Assembly: GCA_900617105.1 (NCBI GenBank)
Contig: UYFQ01000244.1
Span: forward strand, 1 to 56,890
Source: Hydrurus foetidus
Taxonomy: Eukaryota
Direction of reading: 5' to 3'
Length of the DNA stretch: 56,890 nt
The translations under genes were made by a program, and so were the position numbers. Positions 26,401-38,560 of the stretch are shown piece by piece. Numbering within the stretch: position 1 is the stretch's first letter; each line of letters begins with the position of its first letter. Below the pieces are notes generated by a model that was not told where the DNA came from, searched no databases, and saw only the letters and a program-made list of their open reading frames with translations.

Positions 26401-29400
26401 CTCGCACCGTCTGTGCTCAATGACCTCACGTCATCACGCAAGGCGAAGTCGCAGTCATCTTCTTCCCCTAGGGCGACATTCTCCTCGGAATCGAAGGAGT
26501 CCTCATCGTCTGAATCTCTCCCATATCCCTCACTGTCCTCCTCCTCGCTCTCATTCACTGAACTGCCTCCGCTCCAACTGCTGCTCCTGGACCTGGTCCC
26601 CTCCCTCTCCCTGTCCCTCTCCCTCTGCGCCCTTTCCTCAAGTGCACTGAATCCAGGAGTAAGCCACTGAGGGCGACCGAACTCAAGCCACTCAAACCGC
26701 CCAAACCCACCTGAGAAATCCCCCATTGCATCGGACTCTTCCGTCCTGTCGTGGAACTCATCTGAACAACTGTACATAGAGGAACTGTCGTGACTGACAT
26801 CTTCCCACCGCCCCCTCCCCCCATCGTCCTCATCCCTTTCTCCCCTCTGTTCTTCCCTGTAGGTCATGTGGGTGTTAACGAAGGCAGCAGCGGTCCTGAC
26901 GAGGGAATCAAAGAACACTGGGTCTACTTTGCCTTCCTCCTCCTCATCTACTTCTTCTTCATCGTCCTCTACTTCATCTCCCTCCTCGTCCTCTTCTTCA
27001 TCTCCCTCCTCCTCTTCATTTTCCTCTCCTGAGCTGTGCGTATCTCCTTCACTCTCAACGTCACTCCAATCCCCGTCTCCATCCCCATCTAGAAGTATCT
27101 CATAATTGATCAGTGGCTCGGGACAGTCGTCATCGGAATGGTCACTTTCTGACGCATCGTTGTCATTGTCATAGTCGCTTATAGAGTATAGCATAGAGTC
27201 TGTTACAGATGCATTCGTGTTACCGTTGTTGGTCGACTCTCGGATATCGAAACCGCTCTGTTGGGATGCATCATCATCATCATCATCATCATCATCTTCC
27301 TCCTCCTCCTCCTCATTCTCTTCTTTCTCCTCCTCGTTCTCTCCATCCTTGTCGTCAACCGTAGTTTTTTTCTCAGCATCACCTAAGTGAATACCCTCAC
27401 CTGCCTTAACTTTACCTACCACAGCATCACTGCTACTTCTTCCCTCGAAGGTCTTAGCAACACCTTCAACTTCAACATTGGTTTCCTTCTTCTCCTCTAC
27501 GACATCCTTCCCAATCATGAATGCTGCAATGATCTTAGCCGTCACCTTACTGGGATCGTAGGACATGAGACCCATAGATTCCACAGGTTGTCGCACCCCA
27601 ATGTCGAGACCTGCCCCTGCCCCTGACCCTTGTTCTGCACCTGATCCTGCATGAGCTGTGATGCTTGCATGCTCGATGTCAGCGAGAATCTTAGGGATAG
27701 AATTGTTCTCGAGAGGAATAGATTTTGTGTACTCCATTTGTAATTGAAATAATTGAGAGGAGTCCGGAGCTGCGGCTGATTTGCGTGCATCACTTTCCTC
27801 ATCAACGGTAGACCCGGCTGCATCTGGTACAAGGGACGATTCATCCAGTCCGCACTCCCACTCTTTGTCTCCTCCCATGGCAGAGTCAAGAGTATCATCA
27901 TCATCATCATCTTCATCTTCGTCCTCCCCATCTTCATCATCATTGTTGGATGACAGTCCATATCTCGATGCGGAGGAGCTGTAAGAGGAGTTGAAGTTGA
28001 TCATGTGGTGCAGCTTGACAGCTCTCTTGTCGGGGTCGTTAATTTTGATTACGTCAGACAGCAGATTCAGAAGTCGCTTCAACGAAGAGTCAGCAGTAGG
28101 GTTCTTAGAATGGATGGTTGCGAATGTGCATGCTCGCATCACACTTTTCATCAAGCGGTGCCGAAGCTCGCTAGCAGCAACTGAGGATGTGGACGATTTA
28201 GAGACGGACATGAAGTAGTGTGTGGAGGGCTCAGGGAATGCGTAGTCAGGGGACTGATTCATGATGCGGTAGGTGCTGTCTGCTAACGTCCTCAGTCCTC
28301 TGAGAAGGCGACCCACTCCCTCAGCGCTGACAGACTCGCTACTGATTAGACCGCCATCAGTACCGTGTAAGGATGTGCTCGATAGACCGGATAAGAGCAG
28401 TTCAAATCCCTCACAGACAGCTCTGAAAACATTCTTAGGAATGACATCAGTGTGTGTGGGTGAGAGTGAGGGTGACGCACTGTCCTCCTGTGTGAGTGTG
28501 GGTGTGGGTGCGGATACGGCTACTGACAGTAGAGAGCAGAGCACATGTACTACAGCGGCTTGGCAGGAAGGAGAAAAGGGACGGGATGAGACTTCAGAGA
28601 TGTTCTGTCCCTCTCCGGTTGACGATATTTTATTGATGGAAAGAGGGGCAGGAGGGAGAAGCACTGTGTGAACTAGAAATTGTACCAGAGACATTTTTGA
28701 CTCTTCGGCAACAGTAACAGTAACAGTAACAGTGTCGGTGCTGATGCTTTCAACCTCATCGATTCCTCCACCGCTCCTGCTCTTGCTCTTCCTCGCCTCA
28801 TTCGTCATGTCTGAGACGCATGCGTAGGCGAGGTCCAGAGAGGCGATTCTAGATGGCGAGCAGTGTAGCAGATCAGCCAACACGTGCAAGCAGTCCGACA
28901 ACTGGTGCTCAGCCGTGCTGAATTCAGCACCTGCATGTGCATCAGACTCACTCTCAGCAGTCACATCCTTTCCGTCCTTTGAGGGGGTCGAGGTGAGAGT
29001 TGGATTGGTGAGGATGTCAGCAGCTGTTCCTCTGCTCTCAATGCAAGTGGCGCAGAGCTCTTCGATGCGTGTGAAAAGCAAGGAAGTGACGTCATGCAAA
29101 GCGGCAGCGGAGGAGGAGGAATAGGCGAATGGCGTCTCTAAGTCTTGAGGAGTGGGAGAGGGGGCTTCTTTATCGGCAGTGATGATTCTTTGCTCTGTTA
29201 AGACGTCAGACATTTCAACAGCCCCATCTTGAGATGCGATTGATGGCAGCACAGATACAGATGATGATGATGATGATGATTCTGTTGTTGCTGTTGCTGA
29301 TACTACTGTCTCGGCTACCAGAGCTTGGGCTGACTTCCCAACTAACGGCTCCCCTGCGGAGGACTTCTCTGTCACAGGCTCAGAGGGAGCCGAAGGAGAT

Positions 29401-32400
29401 CGCTTGAGCGCCTCCTTCATGGCTTGATAGGCCAATAGAGGCTCTCTCGCTATAAGAGGGGAGAGGAGCCCTATTTTGCCGAGAAAGCTGCGGTTGTTTG
29501 CACCCCTCTGGGGTGAGCGCATTACGAGGCCCACTAGAAGGGAGACAGCAGTCTGCATTCTGTTGCTGACATCTAGAGGGGAGTCTAAGCAGGAGTGCAG
29601 TATCGCTGCAACAGCTACTGGTCCGCCAAACACAGAGGGCAGGGCGAGTATACCCTCCAATCCCCCTATGGAGACGAACAGCGCAGCGAGTGAGAAGTCG
29701 TGGAGAGAGTGCACTAACAGTTGCAGACACGCTCTGTACGCCTCTCCCTCAAACTTCGCTTCACCAACTGCCAAAAGAGACGCCTTCTCTGCAGCGACAC
29801 ACGCACTCACACTCGTGTCATAGCACCTCTTCCCTATCCCTATCCCTATCCCTGCCCCTTTTCCAGCCCGCAACCCCGCTACCTCACCGCCTACTTGGCG
29901 GGGTGTAGTAGAGCTCCTCTTGAGGGAAGTGATGATGTCGAGTGAGACCTTGATAAGTCTGGGTCCCAATTCGTTCCTTAAATCGTATGTCGCCACATGA
30001 GGCAGCACCCCCGGTTGTGTGGGGGCGTACTGTGCATCCGCCCTCTCCTCCCACAGCGTCGTCTTCTGTAGGAACAGTAGATCGCTCTGAGCAGAGCGTT
30101 GGTTAGCTGTGTCTTCGTCGCCGGTCCCTCCTCTGTTCTTTTGTTTGTAGTTGTACACGATCACTGCCAGCTGTTTGAGTCTCAGGTACCGTATAGCATG
30201 GGCCACGTTCAGCTTGCACGGGAGGAAGGGTCTCGTGACGTAGTCCAGTAGGAATAGACCAGTGACGACCCATGCACTCTCCAAGCGACGGTCCCCTCCC
30301 AACCGAGTAGATTCCGACCCCTGGGTCTCGGACTCAAGATTCCGCGACTCCAGTGCGAGTTGGTCCTCTATAGCCGACATTAGTGAGAAGAAAATAGGCT
30401 TGAAGTCTGCGTGTATAGTGAATAGGAGGAGGAGTCCTTCCTTCTGCGATGCTGCTGACTCTAACTCAGACTCGAATGCGCTCCCTGTAATGATGTCCAA
30501 CAGACTCAACAACAGTCCACTCACAGAGCTGCGCCATTCGCTGTCCCGGAAGGTGTGGTCGTGCTTACGAGCTCTCTCCAGCTGGGTGTCGAGACGCATC
30601 ATCAGCCACGTGATGAGACTCACCACACTGTGGAATGTCTGGCACACCTTGACTCTCTGTCTGTGCAGCGCACCCGCCTCGCTATAGGATGGGCAGATGG
30701 CGTTGTCGGTGTCAGAGGCAGCAGCAGTGATGCTAGGAGGGATGTGCAGTATAGTGGCCATGCGAATGAGTCTCGTCACCAGCTGAGCGAATAATGGGCG
30801 CGTGCTATTCTTGTCGGCAGCGATCAGCGGCAGGGGCCACAGCCAGTGGTCCTTCTCCCTCTCCGTGTGGGGGTCGCATACCCCACACCAAGTCTCCACC
30901 TTGACCGTGTCCTTTTCCTTCACCCAGTGGGAATCTGCTGGATCCGCAGACCTGTCGCACACTGACTCCATGAGGCGCAGGAACAGCTGACACGTGTCTG
31001 CATGCAGCACCTTTGCAACTCCCTCATCAGTGCTTCTAAAATGGTGCAGGTAGGGGCTCAAGGAGTGACGATTGTCCTTATCTTTCTCTTTCTCTTTTTC
31101 TTTGTCCTCGCTGATGACGTCTGAATTGCTCTTCTGCATGTCTGCTGTGCGACTGTAATACCCCGTGGGGATTAGGGGCCGAATCGCTGTTATCTTCTTC
31201 TTGAAGTTAGCGCTCATCACGGTAGGGACGGTCTTCTTGGGTCTTGTACTGCTCTTGAACAATACCTCTTCTATCTCTTCTTCTGCCTCCTCGACAGCGC
31301 TAATGTGTGCAGATGCAGATGGAATGATCTCTGACAGTACGTCACTTTTGCACTGCTGACTATCGGATGCAGTGACGTCACTTTTGCACTGCTGACTATC
31401 GGATGCAGTGACGTCACTCTTGCACTGCTGACTGACGGGCACTATCTCTGCCTCTTTCTCCGTCTCTTTCTCTCCCTCTTTTTCTTTCACTTTGTCCTTT
31501 TCAAGCAGTTTTGCAAATGACACACATGCACACACTGCCCTGTGGCTCTGCACCATCAATTCGCAGACCAGCTCAGCTATACCTCTGGGATAGCCTGGGA
31601 GTCTATCAGATGACCACAGGGAGGGCAGGTGCTCTTTCCTGAGCAACACTTCGCAGAGCATGATCTTGAAGCGGTGCACAGAGAAGGGCTCCTTACACTC
31701 CGTATACGCCTCAAGGGCCTTAGCTGTGGGGTACGTCGGACTGGATATGTACTGCAATATTATCTGCCAGAAGTTGAGTATCCCTCTGGGAGAGATGAGG
31801 CATGCGAGAGATGCGCACCGTATTTCCTCTTGCACTGCCTCCGCTCTGGGTTTAGCACGGTCGTCAAGCCAGACTTCAGGAACGCTTAAATGGAAGATGC
31901 AGACCGATTTGAGCAGCAAGGATTCCAAAAGGTTGCGGTGTGAGGGTAGCACTGTCCAGTTATCATCGTATTTGCTCGCATACGGGTTGTCACACTCATG
32001 GAAGAATATCTCACTAGACGGGATGTTCAGTCCCTTTTCTCCCCTATAGTGAAAGAGCTGTATGAGGGCGATCTCGTTGACATCTGGAGTGCTCATCTTG
32101 TCAGAGCGAATGACTAGTTGGGAGCACAGCTGAATGGCATGGGAGAAACTCAGCACTGCTCTCAGTCGAGACTCTGCTCGGGGGTATCCCGTGAAGTTTG
32201 TGTGGGGCGATTCCTCCGCCTTCAGTATCTGCTCCGCCATTTGAAGCACTCTGCACGACTGGTGAAGGGCGAGAGGACGAAGCATGGCACCTCCACTCTC
32301 TACTGCATCGTTGGTTGACTTGCTCCACGATGTCGGCTCAGAGCGTTGCTTTGCACTGATGAGACCAATGAGTCCTAACACACTGCTCTCGTACAGTGAT

Positions 32401-35400
32401 AATGCGGCTGCAGCGGCTATACGCAGTGACACAGTGTCTTCCCTCATTGTGCCGTCATATCTCTCAGTCTCTTGACTACCCTTGTGCCCCACTGCTATGA
32501 CGTCGACCAGTTCCAAGGGAGGCATCAAGTGCACGGACCGTGTGGCGCTGATCCACTTGGCCGGTGACCCCTTACCCCCTTCACCCTCCTCCGCCAGGCA
32601 GTACCGCACTGACCCATCTGCGACTTCGTTGTACACCCGCCTGGATGCCTGCAACGTGCTGGAGGCTTCTATACGTGGGCCCCTCCGACTGAACGGTTCC
32701 GGCCCGGAGGTCACCCCCACACGGTCACTGATGACGAGTAGGTTGAAGGAGAGGGCTTCTTCTCCCGTGCCCTTCTTCTCGGCTGTGTCCCAAAGACCCT
32801 GGATCTGTGCCCTAATTAATTCCTGAACGAGAGAGATGAAGACGTGTCCTTCCAACAGATTGTCCAACACATGGAACAGCACCCCTTTGTTCCCTTTTTC
32901 TTTCTCCCCTTTTTTTTTCTTACAGCACATGTCTCCGTAAAGGAAGTCGAGTTCCTTGTCCGCCTCAGCCTCTGCTTTGTGATCTGTTGTCTTGTAGGAG
33001 TGGGACTTACTCACTCGGAACTTTAAGCAGTCAGTGAATAGCAGGACCAGTTGGGAGCAATGCGTGACTGCCCGGATGATCTCCGAGTTCCTCCCAATCT
33101 CGTTGAACTTTGCACTCATACTTTCATTGAAGAGTTCAGGATTGGTGAACTTGCACAGTTCCTGAGCGGAGTCAGGGAAAAGTTCAAGGAACCCTGCAAA
33201 GGGCGTGAAGGGTCCCCCACCCAAGAGAATGAGAGAGGGCCTCATATGGCAGTTACACATCTGTAACTCGTCCACTAATTGCTGCATGAAGTCCTTCGTG
33301 CTGTATCTCATCGCCTTATCTATTAGGTCAGCAAGGGGCATGAGGAGGAGGGGACATCCGGGCATGTTGTTGATGAACGGACTTCTCTCTCCACAGCTGT
33401 CTCTGTTCATGCTGATAACAGATCTGCGTCCAGCAGTAGCGAGAGATGTCAAGAAGTATCCGTCAGAGCCCAGGGAGGTGCGTGCGAGAGAGAGCAGCAG
33501 CATCATGCCATCATTCTGCTCATCCTCAGGGTCTCTGTGAAGAAAGTGCTTCAGAATGCTCTCTCTGTTGCTGAACTCTGTCATCTGGTCCATACAGTTC
33601 ACCGCGGCGACAGCGAAGTGGAACACCCGTAGGTCTCCCTGATCTACACTAGCCCTCGCATTGAGTGCGCACTCTCCTCCCTTCCCCCCTGGAGATGAGG
33701 ATGAGAGGGACTCCTGCAATAGGTATCTCGCTTTACACCTCAATTCACCCAATGCGATAACATGCTTCATCTCCTTCATGATAGAAGACACACACGCGGG
33801 AAGCAGTGTAGGGTTGCCTTGTATTAACTCGTTGCACTTCCTCCCCACTTCCAGGGCAGCGCCAGACACCAATGTGGAGGATTCGGAGAGGAGCAGTTTG
33901 GTTTCGTGGAAGCACTGGAAGATGACGGGGAAGGGGTTGATGGTCTCTACGAGAGAGAGCCCTTCCTTGGTGATGCACAGAGATGCTGTATGTGTGGTGA
34001 TGAGATATTAAGTGCATGAGATGGTGCGTAATGGTCAATTGAGATGCTGTTCAGTGCAGTGCAGTGCAGGGCGATGTGAGGTAGCTTCGCTGCAGATAAA
34101 ATGAAGAAGAAGACAGTTGTGGCAAAGGAGAATGAAGTCCTAGCATCAATTGCAATACAACCGAGACTCAAACTCAGGGGTGCATAATATACATCAAAGA
34201 GATAGGATAGGATAGGATAGGCAGTGTATCGACTCAGATAGTGTGTGTGAGTGTGTGTTTGTGCATATGTGTGTGGAGGGCTGCGTGCTGGCTCTATTCA
34301 TAATGACTAGTGGTAGCCATCGACATAGTTGAGAAGAGGAAAGAGGAAAGAGTGGAGTATCCACAACTGTTGCACGTCTAACAATCAATCATTTACTGCA
34401 CATCAAAGTAAAAGGAGCTTGAAAAGTTGATTGCAGTTGTTAGAATCGTGGAAGTTTTTGAGCGTACTTACCGATGAGTTCCAGTATAGCCATGAGGGAA
34501 TCTTCGTCATGAAGAATGCCGTTTCTGCTGCAAGCCATCCAAGCTGATTTAACCAATCCGTTAGTGAGGAAATGTGTGAGTGTGTTGGGAGGGGAAGGGT
34601 CTCTCGATATAAGAGATTCTAATAGGGAGAGAGAACAAGAGCATAGGGTCTGGCAGCCAGGTGGGGCGATCTTAAGAACGTCTACCATCACGTTGGAGAA
34701 GTCAGTGCTGAGCGCTATCTCAGAAGGTGTCTTGCTTGGAGTCTCTGATGGGGGGTAGTCGTGACGCAGTGTGGGGTCAAGGAGATTCTCCATCAGTAGC
34801 ATCAATGAGAATAGCAAGGACTGGCGTGAGAAAGGCAGAGCGCCAGTGCATCTGTTGTCGTCCTTAGCATAGGGTGGGATAGGGGGCGGTCTCTTCGTCT
34901 CTATTTGAAGTCTGTTAAGCACAGTAAGACATCCTCCTTGAGAGTGGAATATCGTCATTGCCCTCCTCTTGGAGTCCACCATCATGTCTAACACTTGCAC
35001 TATGAAAGAATCGACACCCAGTCGCAGCTCAAGCAGTGCTCCACACAGTCCTTGTAGATCTTGAGAAAGAACATTCTTCTGTTTCCTCGGAATCACTGCG
35101 TTAGGAATGTTCCCTGAGGAATGTTCTTTACCACTAGATGTTGTCGTAGTAGTCAGTCCAGGAGGTGACGCTATTGCTGCTTGGAAGATACTTAGCATGC
35201 CGTTATCTATCATTGCGGACAGAGCGCCTTGTAGAGGGAAGCAACTCATAGCAAGCAGCAACAATTGCTCCAAGTAGAGTAACTTGTCGTAGTGGTATTC
35301 AATGACAGCAGTAGCAGCGTCTATCTCCGAGTGCGTACTTGCACTTGAAGTTGCATTAATCACACTGATGACATCAGTGAGGGTAAGGAACTTCATTTCA

Positions 35401-37338
35401 CTTCTTATCAGTTCAGGTAATAGTCCCCCTATTTGGCCCCTCTCAAACCCCAGACTGCCCTGCACTCTTTCAAAGGAAGGCATCTGTCTCAGCCGAGAGA
35501 TCACTTGGTCGCCCATACGGTGCGACTCAAGGGGTGTGTCTTCAGCTCTCTGCAAAATAGCTGTGAAGCACTGACACGCCATCGTCACGAGAGCTAGGGG
35601 CAGAGGAGGAGGAGGGGGAGGCTGAGGAGGAGCTGTATTGCTGCTGTCACAAATACCATTGTTTTCAATAGTGTTGGTCTGCTGCACTGATGCCTTGTCT
35701 GTTGCAACATCAGGTGCATTAGCTTGCAGTATACTGACAAGATCGTTCAGAATCGGTCCCCCCTTGTCAGAGAAGAAGTCAGTGATCCTCGAGCTGTCCA
35801 CATGGCAGGCCTTAAGAGACAGCACAGCGCGATAATACATCATCACCCCACACAGATCCTCTTCTGAGTTGGGGTGTGAATGTAAGGGGTGAGGCGCGTC
35901 CATGTAGCTGTGTCGCTGACTCCGTATGAATCTGAGCCGCCACAACAGACACAGACAGTTCCCAGTCCAGGACAATGCGCCTCCTCTCCCTTTCCCCTTT
36001 TCTTTCCCTTTACCTTCACAGTTTACCGCCTTCTGTCCCGTTGAGTTGGATAGCTCATCAATTGCAATTCCATTCACTGGTGTAGCACTTGTCCCAGTTC
36101 TTACGAAGTCGGAGAGGAGGATGTCTTTCAAAGTCCTTTCATCAGCTGCTACATCTCTGTGGGTTAGAGCCTTCCAGTTGCCTATCACAGCATCAGTATT
36201 AATTAGCGACTCTGACTCGTCAGTCACCACTTCTGCTGCCTCTTTGACAGCACCCTGCTTCATCTTTCTTTCCTTCAAGTATTCTGCATATATTGCTCGT
36301 TCTGTTTTGGAGTGAAGTCGAGATCTTGAGGGGAAATTAACGTCCACCAATTTGTTCTCATCTGCGCCGTAGAATCCATCTGCTTTAATTCCACTGTGAA
36401 CACTGCCATTGAGATTATTAGGAAATTTTTCTGCAGTGATTTCCTCTGTTACCGATGAAGAATCTTCTTTGGGTTGTGAACTGCAGGCAGAAGATGACCG
36501 ATTCTTCCTAACACTCAGTATTTCACTGACGCTCATTCTGTTCTCGCCAGCTGCCAGAATCACGTCAAATAAAGAATTCGACGATGATGGCAATGTGTGC
36601 AAAGCGCTCTCATGATGGTATATGAACACTGTGCGGTGGCAGGGTGGTGTAACGGCTAAGGCAGCGAACACACGGAGGGCGCTGCTGGCAAGCTCGTCAT
36701 CGAAGGCTCCGAGAAACAGATTGATCAACTGCAAGAATGTAATATCATGGAATGTAACTCTTTTAGTGGGATCAAAGTAACGAATTGCCAATTAAGTCGA
36801 GAATGCAGCAGGTGAGAATGCTCATCGTAGGAATTACAGCACAGTATCCAACAGGATAAAGTGATGCGCAGTTGTGATTCTCCTCTTTGGGAAATAACCA
36901 GAGAGAACTGCTTACCTCTATGGAGTTGTAAACATTCTTAAGTACTCCTTTTTCCAATAGTGTGCCAGTCCAGCTTAAGATTGTCTTCGCAAGCTCAATA
37001 CATCCAGCACATTGTTGCTCCCGCTTGAGCTGTGCAGCTGTCTGTGGCTCTGGAGCGCTTAAAGACTGCAGATCAGCCATTGTCACCAGCATTGTAGAGC
37101 CGAAATTCTCGATAATAAAGCTCAGACATTCATCCAATTTGTTCAACACGTCAATCCACAGCCTGCAATTAACAAAATCTGAGGCAAATGTTCCCCATCC
37201 CCACTTCCAACCGACCAGTACAGAGTTGAGTTTCTCGTAGTTATCTAGGGTGAGAGTGAACGATGTGATACTCTGCTTATCTCCCTTGTCTCCATCATAC
37301 TGTGGCGACGAACTCTCAATCTTATAAATTATTCTCAT
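21302..37338 (-). CDS. Giant HECT E3 ubiquitin ligase, HUWE1/UPL1/Tom1-like; exons 37338-36916, 36728-34472, 33985-22953, 22573-21872, 21508-21302 (~4870 aa)
   Basis: GT-AG introns give one 14622-nt frame. N-terminal HUWE1-type armadillo region (WIDVLNKLD; ASLCITKEGL). C-terminal HECT domain (ILDFDVKR, FVGEDGVDGGGLTREWY, ELELLISGLPDID) with catalytic AHTCFNQLDLP. Confidence 0.92.
22733..22891. repeat. (GGAA)n microsatellite in a HECT-gene intron
   Basis: Direct reading of the sequence. Confidence 0.95.
31339..31433 (-). repeat. 36-bp coding tandem repeat (QQCKSDVTASDS, ~2.6 copies)
   Basis: Direct reading; the repeat is in frame within the HECT gene. Confidence 0.9.
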
Positions 37339-37613
37339 TTTGTTGGTCGATTACGGTGGGCTTTTGACCAGATTATGAAAGGAACAATGCCTCTGGATAC
37401 TTCTCGCAAAAGAAGCTTTCCTGCGAGTTTCTTTTCCTTTTCGCTACGCCAGAGAGCTCTTAGCTCCTCCGACCGACAGCGAAAGTAAATGCTGTAGTTC
37501 CTTTCACCTCATCGATTATGAAGCCATTCTCTCCGTACTTACTGATGGTGGGTTGAGCAGAGTGTTGGTATTGACCCCAGATCTGGGGTATTTGGGTAAA
37601 CTGGGATTCGGTG

Positions 37614-37825
37614 CGACCGTAAATTCAAAAAACCCAGAAACCCAGATTTAGGATCTGGGATTTCTGGATTTCTGGGTTTCTGGGATTTAGACAAGAAATC
37701 TGGAGACCCCCCCCCGCCTTTCTAAATCTTCTGGGATCCCAGAAGTAGGATTTCTAAATCGTTCCAATTTTTTCAAAATTCTATACCCAAATCTAGGTTT
37801 CTGGGGTTTTTTTAATTTACGGTCG
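37614..37825. mobile_element. MITE-like element 1
   Basis: TIRs cgaccgtaaattcaaaaaacccagaaacc / ggtttctggggtttttttaatttacggtcg; 212 bp; cccaga/tctggg sub-repeats. Confidence 0.7.
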
Positions 37826-38038
37826 TGGGTGACAACGTTTATTCCCAGTAACCCAGACCCCCAGATTTTGGGTGGAATTTTTGAAAAATCTGGAATGATT
37901 TAGGATCCTATTTCTGGGATCCCAGATAAATCTAGAAAGGGGGGGGGTCTCCAGATTTCTTGTCTAAATCCCAGAATCCCAGATTTTCAAATCCAAAATC
38001 TGGGGGTCTGGGTTTCTGGGAATAAACGTTGTCACCCA
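37826..38038. mobile_element. MITE-like element 2
   Basis: ~42-bp TIRs tgggtgacaacgtttattcccag...agatttt / aaaatctggggg...ctgggaataaacgttgtcaccca; 213 bp. The core is an inverted copy of the element 1 core. Confidence 0.75.
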
Positions 38039-38560
38039 TTATCTTGTAGATCACCCAGATTTAGTTGATTTGAGTTACTTAAAACGTAAACCTTTTGGAG
38101 CGTTAGCGGCGTTGGTTGTTTGTGCATACCGGCTAATCTGCTTCTTTTCACGCAAATTTTTCTCACAATTTCCAAACAAATGACACATATTCTAATTCTG
38201 TTTTTTAGGATTTGGACAGTCATCTACAGCTGTACACTGATCACCAGCCTCAACAACTACGTTCTATGAAAACGACTTTTAGTCAGAAATGCATTGTGCT
38301 CATAGCAGAAATCTTCGACAGTTTGAAGATATCATTCCGGAAATGAAGACGACAATAAGTAAAAGAGATAGATATCAATCTTATTTTCAAAAAGTATTTC
38401 ATTTGATACGGTATGATATAAATCGGGGATAGAATGAGCTCCTATTTCAAAGCCGCTAATATTCTAGTAGCGCATTGCAATCTTGATTGAACCTAAGGTG
38501 ACTCTAGTAATTAAAATTGATATGATAGTTGGCCATTTTGAAATGCACTGTATGTCAGCC

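Noticed and set aside
22960..37240. Numerous plus-strand ORFs of 60-260 aa
   Set aside because: Antisense shadows of the HECT exons; low complexity, no motifs.
5820..37338. Functional 'ubiquitin system' linking the Helitron OTU and the neighbouring HECT ligase
   Set aside because: Adjacency of a mobile element to a host gene is not evidence of coupling in a eukaryote.
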